Positions 49,180 through 60,599 of a DNA stretch of 64,000 nucleotides are shown here, in pieces. Under the pieces are notes generated by a model. That model worked only from the letters and a program-made list of their open reading frames with translations. It was not told the DNA's origin and searched no databases. A program made the position numbers and the translations under genes. The stretch's first letter is position 1. Every line of letters begins with the position of its first letter. The stretch is from Podospora anserina (Eukaryota): NCBI GenBank assembly GCA_017654855.1, contig JAFMPO010000001.1:1116001-1180000 (forward strand). The letters are read 5' to 3'.

Positions 49180-52100
49180 ATGGCTCTCGGGGGCCTTCCT
49201 TTACCGGTACGATATATTTCTTTTTCACCTTTTGGTCTTGGTTTCTGGGTCACTCCTTTGAGAAAACGTTCAGGTTGGTTGTTACTGATACCCAATGCAT
49301 CAATAGGGTCCCCGCGCATACCCCATTGTGGGGAATGTGCTGCAGATTGATACCAGCAGCACCCTAAAGTCCCTTGATAAGTTTACTGATCAATATGGCG
49401 AAATCTACCGCCTCGTGCTACCTTGGGGAACAACCGCCATTGTTGTAAGGTCCTTGATGCACGTCTAGTTTATAAGCAAAGCGCCCTGACCATGGAAATG
49501 TAGACAACAGCAGCCCTCGTCCATGAGGTCTCCGATGAAACACGCTTCAAGAAGCCTATCATTGCTGACTTCGAGCAACTCCGCAATGGCGTTCCCGCCG
49601 GGATGTTCACCACCCCGACAGAAGAACCAGTATGGGGTATCGCCCACCGCGTCCTAACCCCTGCTTTCGGGCCGGTGCCCATCCAAGAGATGTTTCCCGA
49701 GATGCACGAATTGGCTGCCCAGCTTGTCATGAAGTGGGCTCGCCACGGCCCCGAGCAATCCATTGCGGTCAGTGAAGACTTCACCCGACTTGCCCTCGAC
49801 ACCATTGCCCTGTGTTCGATGAATTTCCGATTCAACTCTTACTATCACGACGAGCTGCATCCTTTCATTACCGCAATGGCCAATTTCTTGACCGAGTCTG
49901 GAAACCGATCCCTCAAGGGCAACTTCTTGTCCAGTTTTTTTTCTGGTCAAGCAACAAGTACTTTGCTGACATCAAGACCCTGAGGGACATTGCTCAGTCA
50001 GTTCTCGATGCCCGGAGAGCGAATCCAAACGGAAAAAAAGACTTGTTGTCGGCAATGCTGGATGGCGTGGACAGGAAGACAGGCGAGAAGTTGGATGATG
50101 GGGCTATCATCGACAACCTCATCACCTTTTTGATCGCAGGCCACGAGACCACAAGTGGCATGTTGAGCTTTGCGTTTGTGATGCTGCTCAAGAACTCAGA
50201 GACGCTGAAGAAGGCCCGCCAGGAGGTCGACGAGGTGATCGGTCGAGGACCGGTTACGGCCGAGCACATGAAAAAGTTGCCATACATTACTGCCATTCTT
50301 CGAGAGACGCTCAGACTATGTCCGACCATTCCTTCGTACGGCGTTCAGGCTCTCGAAGACACAGTTATCGGGGGCAAATGGGCAATCGCCAAGGGTCAGG
50401 TCGTTCTTCTCTATCTGGCGAGATCGCATCGAGACAAAGCGGTCTATGGCGAAACAGCTGACGAATTCATTCCTGAGAGGATGCTCGATGAGAATTTTGA
50501 TCGGCTCAGCAAAGAACATCCCGGGTTTTGGAAGCCTTTTGGAAATGGTCAGCGAGGATGCATAGGGCGCGCGTTCGCCTGGCAAGAAGCCATGGTCATA
50601 ATGGCAATGCTGGTGCAAAACTTTGACTTTGAGATGTCGGATCCGTCCTACGAGCTCAAGATTAAAGAGACTCTGACCACCAAACCTGAGGGATTCGAGA
50701 TGAAAGCCAAGCTGAGGCACGGGTTGACGCCTACCGAGCTGGAGAGACAACTGAACGGCAGCCTTTTGGAGAAGAGCACACTTTCCAAACACCCGCACGC
50801 CCAAGCGACAGAGAAGGGGACACAGCTCAAGCAGCTCAACATTTTTTACGGATCCAACACTGGCACATGTGAGGCGCTTGCCCAGAGGCTGGCCATGGAC
50901 GCCCCTTCCCACGGATACAATGCAACAATCATTGATGCGCTTGATGCAGCAGCAAACCGGCTCCCCAAAGATGACGCCACCCCTGTTGCTTTCATCACTG
51001 CATCTTACGAAGGAGAACCGCCTGATAATGCCATCGACTTTGTCACCTGGATCAAAGACTTGCCTGGCACATCCTCCCTCAAAGGAACCTCTTATGCCGT
51101 CTTTGGCTGTGGCCATCGCGACTGGGCCAACACCTTCCACAAAGTCCCTCGTCTGGTCTACAACACTCTTGAACAAAAGGGAGCTACCCCTATTTGCGAT
51201 CTTGGTCTGACAGATGTTTCCCAAGGTGAGATGTTCACCGACTTTGAGGAATGGGAAGATGACGTGTTCTGGCCTGCCATCAAGTCAAAATACGGTTCTG
51301 CTGTGGGTGGTGGCAGGCAACAGGCTCTTGAGGTTCAGTTCTCAACCCCTCGTGCTTCGACTTTGAGGCAAGACGTCGAGGAGGCTGTAGTGGTGGAGGA
51401 AAAGACTCTGACCAAGGGAAATGGGGTTCCAAAAAAGCATCTCGAAGTCCAGCTTCCGGAAGGCATGACATACCGCGCTGGGGATTATCTGGCTGTGTTG
51501 CCGGTGAATCCCAAAGAGAGTATCAACCGGGTGATGAGAAAGTTTGGGTTGGCTTGGGATAGCCATATCACGGTTGCCGGTGGGGCTGAGGGTAAGAAGA
51601 CGACGCTTCCAACTGGAGTACCAGTGCCAGTCCACGAGGTGCTTGGCTCTTACGTTGAGCTGTTGCAACCTGTCACCAAGAGGGTACGCCCGTTTCTATT
51701 CTTCACCCTTTGCTTCTAATTGACTGACATTTTTCCAGGGCGTACAAACACTTTCCAACTTCACTTCAGCTGCAGCCGACAAAGCAGCACTGTCTGCTCT
51801 TTCCACGAACCCCGAGCTCTACACTTCGACCATCATCACCTCTCGGCTATCATTACTGGACATTCTCGACAGATATCCTTCCATCTCTCTTCCCTTCGGC
51901 ACATTCCTCTCACTCCTCCCCCCGATGAGAGTGAGGCAGTACTCGATTTCCTCGTCCCCTTTGGCATCGCCTTCCAAGGCTACTCTCACTTACACCCTCC
52001 TCTCCGGCCAGTCATTGGCCAACCCCGCCAATTTGTTCGCAGGTGTCGCTACGTCGTATCTGTCTGCCCTAAGGCAGGGGGATAGACTTCTTGTCTCTGT

Positions 52101-52587
52101 CCGGCAATCACACTCGTCGTTCCACCTACCCTCCAACGTCGAGACCCCGGTGGTGATGATTGCCGCCGGAGCGGGCATAGCCCCCTTCCGTGGTTTCATT
52201 CAAGAGCGGGCGGCCTTAGCATCTCAGGGTAATAAACTCGGCAAAGCGTTGCTCTTCTTTGGCTGCCGGCACCCCGACTGGGATGACCTTTATTGTGACG
52301 AGCTTGGGAAGTGGGAGGCTGATGGCATTGTGAAAGTGACAAGGGCTTATAGCAGACAAAATGACCGGGAATACGTCGGTGACAGTGTTCTGAACTACAA
52401 AGACGAAGTGAAGCAGCTGTGGGACAATGGTGCAAGAGTGTACGTTTGTGGCAGTCGGGCAGTCGGAGATGGTGTGAGAAGTGCCTTGGGGAGGGTTGTT
52501 CTTGGTGACGAGGCAAAGGAGGGGGAGATTGCAAAGTGGTTTGAGGGGGTGAGAAATGTCAGGTATGCGGTCGACGTTTTTGACTAG
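49180..52587 (+). CDS. CYP505: Self-sufficient P450-NADPH reductase fusion (CYP505/P450foxy-like), frameshifted in this sequence
   Basis: AGHETT, ETLR, heme motif FGNGQRGCIG, FMN motif YGSNTGT, RQYSISS and AGAGIAPFRGF. Introns at 49207-49306, 49445-49503 and 51684-51738. Frame change at the T8 run 49935-49942. Confidence 0.9.
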
Positions 52588-53002
52588 TTCCAGCTTGCTG
52601 TCAGTTACCAGATGTTTAATTGGCAAATGTCTATCCTGCCGGACTGCGGAACGCCATGTTGTTTATTAAAGGGATAAGATTGGTAATCAGGCGTTCATAG
52701 ATCCAACTCTCTGCTTAGTTATATCTACTCTATCTTTCGAAAGCTCAATTTAGTACCTTTGAATGTGACCAGATGTGCAAACTTGGTTCTTCGTGTTAAG
52801 CAGTGATATTGGATTCGGTGTGAATCAGCTATATTCCCGAGCGTGTTGCGGCGGCAACAGAGGTCCCCCGTGCCCCTCCCACAAGATTGCGGGGTCCAAG
52901 CATGGCCATGGTGCGACTTCACACAGAAACACCTGCAAAGCAGGCTCCATGGGCGGGCACACAACATCGCGACTCGACACTCCACAATAAAAGCATCTCG
53001 CA

Positions 53003-55094
53003 ATGTGCTATCAGCTTCTCGAAAGATACAGTAGTTGCGGCTGCTACTATTATCGACACCAGGTTGACAAATGCGGTGCGCATGGCAGAGCAGGACATAT
53101 TGTTCAACAACGTACGATCCTGGTTGGTCACACATGTGCAGACCACACCAGTCACTTCGAAGACTACGGCAAATACGGCTCTGCTACACCTGCACAAAAA
53201 AGCGTTAAGCTTGGGTACTCGAAGCAAGTGGAGGAATCGGATGAGACTGGTTTGGACCAGAGCATCCAGCCCTCCATCGCGAGCCCCATCCGCATTGTGG
53301 CTACGTCCTTGAACCCTGACTCAGTGGCAAAGCGTCCCGGGATATCTGACGACTTTGCCTGGATTGAAACACCAGTCCACTATGACTGGGAAGATTCAGA
53401 TGCCGAATCAAGAGTTTCGGATCCGGATAGCATCATCTCCGTGCCATCTACCGTGAGCTCCGTCGACCCGGACGCAATTGAGACCATCTTTCACCGCCTC
53501 CTTCATTTTCAAGACCTTCAATTCCTGTGGTCACACACGGTGCAACTGTCGGGCTCTCGTTTGAAAAGCAACCACAACATAGCCCTGTTTCTCGAGCTGT
53601 ATGCTATCGACCTTTTGAATCTGGCCTTGAACACAAAAGATCGACCGGAGAAGCGAGTGAAGCTGGATGCCGCTAGATTCGTCAGAAGATCTCGGAGGGA
53701 TATCGCTCGGAGAATTACCGAGGCTCATTGCAAGACATGGACAGACGACAGTGCTGCTGTAAATAATGAAATCATTGAAGATCAAGAAATCGGTGAGAAT
53801 ATCGGTGCAAGGCGAGATTATGACCAAGGTGATAGCGGGCCCGAAGATGAACCCTTCGACTTGGTCACTGCTGTTGCCGAGGTATTTTTGTTCGAAACGG
53901 ACCCAGTTCTGCACTTGGAGTCCAATGTTAAAGCATTTGTCAACCGACAGTGTCCGAAGGTCGTCCAACAAAGCTTCTGGGAGTTTATGACTACCAAGAC
54001 AAGCAACATGGTGTCAAAATTAAGGCAAAAGCCTCTGGAAGACGGGAAGACGAGAATAACATGGACCTGTGTGAGTTTGAGCTGGCAATTGTACACACCC
54101 TTGGTATTTACTGATTTGTGACCTTCAGAAATGTGGGAGGAACCTTTACGATGATTTTACTGAAATTGTGCCTGGGGCAGTCAAACAGCTTGAAGCCGAA
54201 TTACGATACCAAAACACCAAACAGCCTGAACTGGAGTATGATAACCTAGATGCTCAAAATACCCCGAGAAGCCACCCAAATTCATTTGCCAGGGTACTGT
54301 TTCAGATGTGGACTGGGACAACACAGATCTTTCGCAAATTTCAGTACCCTCTTTTACCAGAGCACAAGTCTTCGCGTGGCAACATGAGCCTCGAACTTGG
54401 CAATCCCTGCGCGCAGTCGTCACAGCAGGCACCCTATACTACACACCTCTTCCTTCTTCTTTGTGTTCCTTTTCTCCGATTTGCAACAAGACTCGCTGAA
54501 CCCGAGGTTTGCCAGATCAACTCCGATCAGGAATTATTCTAACTCCTCCGGCGTCAGTATCTCAAAGCACGTTCGGGTAAAAGATGGTTATGGGGCCAGC
54601 TCAGAAGAGTACAAGCCATAGACTTTGTCAAATTAGAGCTGTATTCGACTCAAGAGCTTGTGGACATTTGCCACTCTCCATCTCTTCCCCAAGATACAGA
54701 CTCGTATGTTTACAATCCCCAGTCGGCAGAACACATACCACCAATTGGAGCAAATCACCTCATGCATCTGTTTCCTCATCCGTCGCACGCCGAGCCTTTG
54801 CCGATTCTTTTCAGACGAGTGCCCAAAAAGGTTGAAAACCCACTAAAGCCTTGTCCAATAAACGGGGTTGGGTTAGGCTGGGGCCTGTACCTTCAGGAGG
54901 GCATGAACTGGCCGGCTATGCTTCTCTATGGCTGCATTGGGTTTGGACTCAGCCTTTTCACAGCGGTGGTTTGGGCCACACTTGTTAATCAAGGGGATGT
55001 GCAAGGAGGCTTTGCTATTGGGGGCTTTATGCTAGCATTTTTAGGGTTTGCCGGAGGCGTCATGGCGCACATGAATGGTGAGAATGAACTGTAG
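53003..55094 (+). pseudogene. Hypothetical membrane protein with an N-terminal Cys/His motif, interrupted by an in-frame TAA
   Basis: Exon 1 53003-54070, intron 54071-54128, then one frame to TAG at 55094 broken only by TAA at 54540-54542. Two C-terminal hydrophobic helices. Confidence 0.7.
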
Positions 55095-55157
55095 AAATAA
55101 CCGCATGAAAGGCAGCAATACCAACATGCTAATCATGCTTCTCTTTCCCAGCGGTCA

Positions 55158-57323
55158 TTAGAGACTCTGTAGCCCATATTCCGCCTTGATAGCGTCCGCA
55201 ATCTGTGTCTTCGGTCAGTCCTGAAACACTTTTGCCCGAGAGGGAAAGCATTGCGTACCTTCTCGCCGGAAGCATAAGTCGTGGCTGTAGGTGCAGCAGT
55301 CAAGACAATAGGCCAGTAGCTCGTATCAATCACTCTCAAGCCCCTGACGCCATACACCTTCATTTTGGAGTTCACCACGCCGCCCAGTAGTCTCGGCATC
55401 ATGGCTGCCGTGCAACACTGATGGGCACTCGACGGCTCAGTGACCCCTCTCAGTATTTGCTTGAGGATATTCTTATCGGTGATGTCATTGCTAAACGGTG
55501 CGGCCTCAAGGGGATTCAACGCAGCCATGCTGGGCTGAGACATGATGTGTCTGTTTTTGAGGAACGAGGCCACAATCAAATCCTCGTCAATGGGATCGAC
55601 GTTTGTGCGAAAGTCAATCAGTGGCCACTCGAGTGCATTGGTAGAGTTGATCTGAACAGTCCCCCTGCTCAGAGGCTTGAAGAAGTACATCCTGACGGAG
55701 TTGGCGGTATCCCAATGAATCATCGACACGGGAGTCTTGGGGCCCTCCAGTTGTCGAAGAATGATTTCGCGTTGAAGAGCGTAGCCTGCTTTGACGGTGG
55801 CGTGGGTATCATCAGGAAGGTATCGAAAGGGGTTGGTTCTGCGAGCCGCAGAGACGATGGATTTGCAATCAGAAGTTGCGTTGCAGAGGGGAGGGAGCGC
55901 AAGGTTGGTGCTGAGACCACGAGTAAGCTGGTAAGGACCTTGGCGAGTTGCATCGTAAAGAGCTCGCTGCTCAGCGTCGTAGACTGGATCCGAGTTTAGG
56001 GTTCCCACGTTTGGCGAGATGTTGTTGGTGACTGCCAGGTTCAAGTTAGCACTCAAGTAACAAGGTAAACTGAGAGGTACACACGTGCCATTGTATGGAA
56101 TGATGATGCTAGGTTGGTCATGAAAGTTGGCTCCTACGCCGGGAAGCTCGACCACGATTGGGATATTGAACTTGTTCAAAACCTTCTTGGGACCAATCCC
56201 AGAAAGCTGCAGGATCTGAGGTGTATGCACGGCGCCTCCCGCAAGGAGAACCTCCTTTGTGGCTTGAGCTGTAAGACGCTCCCCGCCTCCAGTTGGTAGA
56301 TATTCAACCCCAGTCACCTTCTTGGTGTTATCGAACAGCACTTTGGCAACGGTATGCCCGGCTAGGATGTGGTAGTTTGGTCTCGGCTGGACACGTGTGA
56401 AATGGTTCAGTCGAGCATGGCTTCTAGTTCTCGTGGTCCCAGAGGTAACGGAGGGGACATAAACTACGCCTGAGCCATCACCAGCATGTGGATCACCGCC
56501 AGCACGAAGGCCTGATGAGATTGCGGCCTCAAACCAAATGCCTATCATTGTCAGCCAAGGAAACAAAAACAAGGAAATAATGGTCACTAACCACTTCCTT
56601 CAAAGTGGAAGCTCGGAAATGAAGCCTGCACTGGCCCGGTTGTCCCATGAACAGAGGGATCAAATGAAAAGTTCGCAGCAGCTGCATATGCAGGATCTGG
56701 AGCGGTGAAATTTTCGCTCTGTCATCAATATTAACAAGACATCCAACCGCCCGCTGTCGATAAACCTGACCTTCTTGTAATAGGGAAGCAAATCGTTCCA
56801 TTTCCATCCTTTTGCGCCCAGAAGCTCCCATGCATCAAGCTCCTCTGTTCCAGGTCTCACATACACCATAGCATTGAGGACCGAGCCACCACCAACCACC
56901 TTCCCAGCCGGCACATTGAATGACCTGTTGTTCAAAGCCGTCTGTGGAACGCTGGGCAACGGAAGATACATGTACTGGAATGGGAACGGGGTGAAAAACT
57001 GTCCTGGAATCAAGATGTTGTCTTCATCCTGATCGAAAATGCCGGCCTCGATAACCAAGACCTTGACTGTTGTTGTGCGTTAGCAAATCTCCGCTGCTAG
57101 TCGCTTCTGATGAACTGACAAACCTACCTGATGGGTCCTCTGACAGTCTATCAGCAACAGTTAGCCCAGATATCCCCCCGCCAGCAATGATGAAATCATA
57201 GCTATTCGCCAGAACAGTTCTGGGCGTAACGACGGTCGCAAATTCCGGAGCTTTCCCTAGAGCAGCCCCAACGACTTTGTGAGCGAGCAACCAAACAGTA
57301 AGAGAGAGCAACTGCGACCTCAT
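55158..57323 (-). CDS. Secreted GMC oxidoreductase (AA3 family)
   Basis: Signal peptide, YDFIIAGGGISG, GKVVGGGSVLNAM, PQILQLSGIG, PLSRG and GLRVID motifs. Introns at 57067-57127, 56719-56770, 56542-56591, probably 56032-56088, and 55203-55258. Confidence 0.92.
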
Positions 57324-57849
57324 TGTTGGAGAGAAATTAAAGGCGCGTCGAAACACATGAACCACTCTGACTTCTGGGCACGTAGAGGCCTCCTTTAAGT
57401 CCTGAGAGCTTCTCGGCATGAGGCGATGGTACGCATATGTCCCATACGGGAGTATATTGAAGGCATGGATGGTATCAAGGACCTGTCGCAAAGCGCTAAC
57501 GCAAAATAGCAGCTCTGGCGAGGGACGATGTCACTACGAACCGCTGACACCGTAACTAGTGCATCCAATATACAGGGAGGCAGAGCCAACAGCATCGTTA
57601 TGAAACTGCATTTGTTTCCTTCTGGGATACCAACCAAGATTGCATTTCCGGGATCTTTATTCCGAATAGCATTTAGCCCTAAACTATTGATTACTTGGTG
57701 ATGTGATTTTGCAGGGGTCGTGCAGCAACCCCTCTCCATATGTAGCCCGGCTTATCCGATCCCGAGTCCGAAGGGTTGGGACCACAGTGCCAATCCGAAG
57801 AGAGAGATTGCACAAGCCAAGAGTAAGCAAGATCGTGTTCTTAGATTGC

Positions 57850-58260
57850 TGTATCTGCCCATCTGTCTGCTTGAAGATATATACCTTACATCTACGGCAA
57901 ATTCAGCTCAGGCTGTCACCAACTTGGAAGCAATCCTAGACTGGGATTCTGGCATTTTTGCTCCCGCCTTCATGATGTGCGAACCGCTGGTATACCCACC
58001 TTTGGAATTATAACTATATGAGAAGTAGGTAGAATGACGACGGCGAAGATCGCCATGTTGATCAAACCTTTGGACCTTGCTACCACGGAGAACGACAAAA
58101 TCGTCAAAAGGATCTTTGATGATGCTGCGGGTAAGCGGTACATGCGTTTTGCATATGATCCGACCTACAGATTGGCTCGACAATTGTTCAGATACGGTAC
58201 CTACCTGTATTGAACGAAGGGCACATATACTTCTTGGGATCTTGGCGATGTAGAAGTTAC
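57850..58260 (+). pseudogene. Degenerate fragment of an APH/choline-kinase-like phosphotransferase, paralogous to the gene at 60249-63593
   Basis: LEAILDWDSGIFAPAFMMCEP and, in a shifted frame, ENDKIVKRIFDDAAGKRYMRFAYDPTYRLARQLF align by eye with IEGILDWDSALFAPAFMICEP and EEDKKVKRVFEEAAGEEYVRFAYNPVYPLARRLF. Boundaries are approximate. Confidence 0.75.
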
Positions 58261-58801
58261 CGGGCTTTTGGAAGAACATCAAGAAGCTTTCAAAGGTGGT
58301 CAGCGGAATCGCGGAAAACATCCAGACTGTGGAGATAGATCGAAGCCGTGAGACAAGTAATGTAACCACGTAGAAGATCCGGACACAGAAACAGGTCTCA
58401 GAGGATGACTGAAAGGGGTGTACAGGACGGTTCCACAAAAAGTCTGATGGCGAGCAGGCAACGAGCGTTTTCACCTTGTAGTCAGAATTGCCAGCCTCAA
58501 CATAGACATTTTTGGACCAAGAACTCTTCTCATAATTGGCAGTGGGCAAATTACAGCCAGACGTATTGAGGCATTGTCGTCAATCTGCATGCCTACATCC
58601 AACTCTACATATATATTTTGTCCGTTTCAACTTTGACCTACCTAGAAGTAAGTTACTTCTTTCTATCCTCACCATTGAGCTGAATAAAACCGGCAGCGAG
58701 ATACAACTATTATCGCTTCGTAAGGCATTACTCCTTAGGCCTTCTTGTCCCCTGCTGTACTCTTTGGGCTGTTTTGGGCATTTATTACCTTCTCTTTGAC
58801 T

Positions 58802-59059
58802 TTAGCTCCTTTCAAGATTACAATCCTTCTTCTTCGACTTCTTGTTTGACTCTGCAGACTGATCTGGGGACTTCTCCCTATCCATTCTAGCCTGGTTTGC
58901 ACCTCTCTGAGCTGACTTTGTGCACTTACTACAGTCGCCAGTTTTCAACTTGAGCCACTCGGTGTGGATCGTGCAGGGCTCCTGGTGCGCAACGCAGTAG
59001 CCAGCACCGGTCTTGGATCGACAGTCGTCCTTGGCTTCGGAAAATGGTGAACCGTTCAT
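58802..59059 (-). CDS. Small Cys/His-rich basic hypothetical protein
   Basis: 85-aa ORF with YCVAHQEPCTIH...CSKC and a Lys-rich tail. No independent support. Confidence 0.35.
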   Translation of the reverse strand: MNGSPFSEAKDDCRSKTGAGYCVAHQEPCTIHTEWLKLKTGDCSKCTKSAQRGANQARMDREKSPDQSAESNKKSKKKDCNLERS

Positions 59060-60516
59060 GTTCTGATGTCACCATGTTAATGATAGATAAATGATAGCTG
59101 TCACAGGCTAGGTAGTCAGTGTAGCTCAATAAGTAGATTGCTTTGGTCGCGACTTACGTTAATAGAGATAAAGTGTTGCACGGAATAATGTTGGTAATTA
59201 CTTGACTTCAATGTCTGTGGTGACAGGATACTTGAAATTGCGAGTGAGTGCTGTGTACTATCATCGTTCTTGAACGCAGGGATGAGACTCGACTTATAAG
59301 CCTTGCCAGTTTGCATAGGTAGGTCAGCCCCTTTCGAGAGTATTGTATGCCGCTTTGTTGACAAAAATAGAACTACCTGTACTCCGTAGTTCTTTAATTT
59401 TGCAATACTAATGCCCTGCATGTGCTCAAAGCCTTTCCCGAGTGCATAAGGAGCCATCACCCGGCCGAGTACCTAAGGTAGGTAGGTATGTTCAGAGTAT
59501 ATTGAAGATGTATTTAGATAACACAAGAGTATCTAAGGTAGGTTAAACAACACGAATACGTCCTTTGTATCATGGGTGGCATATGTGAGCAGATATGATT
59601 CTACACAGAATCCCCTTACCTGGACTTTATTCTAGAGAAGTTCTATGGGGGCATTACCCTTTTTCTAGGGTGGCATTATCCCCCTTATTCTACCAATAAG
59701 CCGCGGTGTCGAGTATGAGTAGCTGCGAGGCAGCAGAAGAGGTACTCAAGGTACATATGTAGGGTCTGGGTCAACTTTGGGATATGCTGTGTCAATAGAT
59801 GACCAGCAAATCACTGTCATTTGCGTTGTGATCAAGTATGGAGCTTACGCCCCTCCCAGGCTTTGTTCAGTCCACAACACAGTGTTTTCTCAGCTTCCTT
59901 TGTTTTGCCACCCAGTGTATCTGAAACGGGTTCCACACAACAACAAAGGCCTGCATTTGAATCTTTGAAGATACCTTATCTATCTTGAACACAAGGTTTC
60001 TTTACAGTGATTGAAAGGCCAGCGCAAAGGAAACGTGGTAGTTCAGATTAACAGGTAGCAATCTTAAACCTTGGCTCTGTGGACAACATTCTCGGCTGCT
60101 AAGAGCCACGACGAAGAGAAACTGTTGAAACGGTTTCACAGAGCCCCAGAGACACTTTTATCAGCCGGCTTTCGACAAGCCCACACCATCACCAAAGACA
60201 TCACTACGCATAGATACAGATACCTCGATCATCAAAACGACTAACAAGATGGCAGCCGCTAGCTCTCCCTCCTCTACACATCAGGATGCTGTCCAGCAAG
60301 ATGTCACTACCGATGCCAATTCGAATACTAGCGCCAGGGCGGGACAAGGATCGAACAGTGAAGATTCCGTCAAGTCCGAACCAGATTCCATCATTTATCA
60401 AGTGGAACCTTTTGTTACGTACCAACATCGCATTCGTACTCTGGCGCGAGCAGTTCTTTGTAAGAATGTCCGCGAGGAAGATCTTGATGTTGAAAGACTC
60501 GGCAACGGTTCATATA

Positions 60517-60562
60517 ACGTACATTATAAGCGAGTGCACCATATAAGCGAGTGCACCACTTT
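60517..60562 (+). repeat. Left terminal inverted repeat
   Basis: ACGTACATTATAAGCGAGTGCACCATATAAGCGAGTGCACCACTTT, with an internal direct repeat (ATAAGCGAGTGCACCA x2). Confidence 0.95.
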
Positions 60563-60599
60563 CCACCACCCTACGAATACTATCCTCAATTACACCACA

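Noticed and set aside
57908-58549. 213-aa minus-strand ORF
   Set aside because: Largely antisense to the phosphotransferase relic, non-ATG start, no motifs.
59460-59700. TAGGTA/TACCTA words and a short GGCATTA direct repeat
   Set aside because: Such words recur in many intergenic regions of the window. They are too short and irregular to be an array, and there is no CRISPR-like structure.
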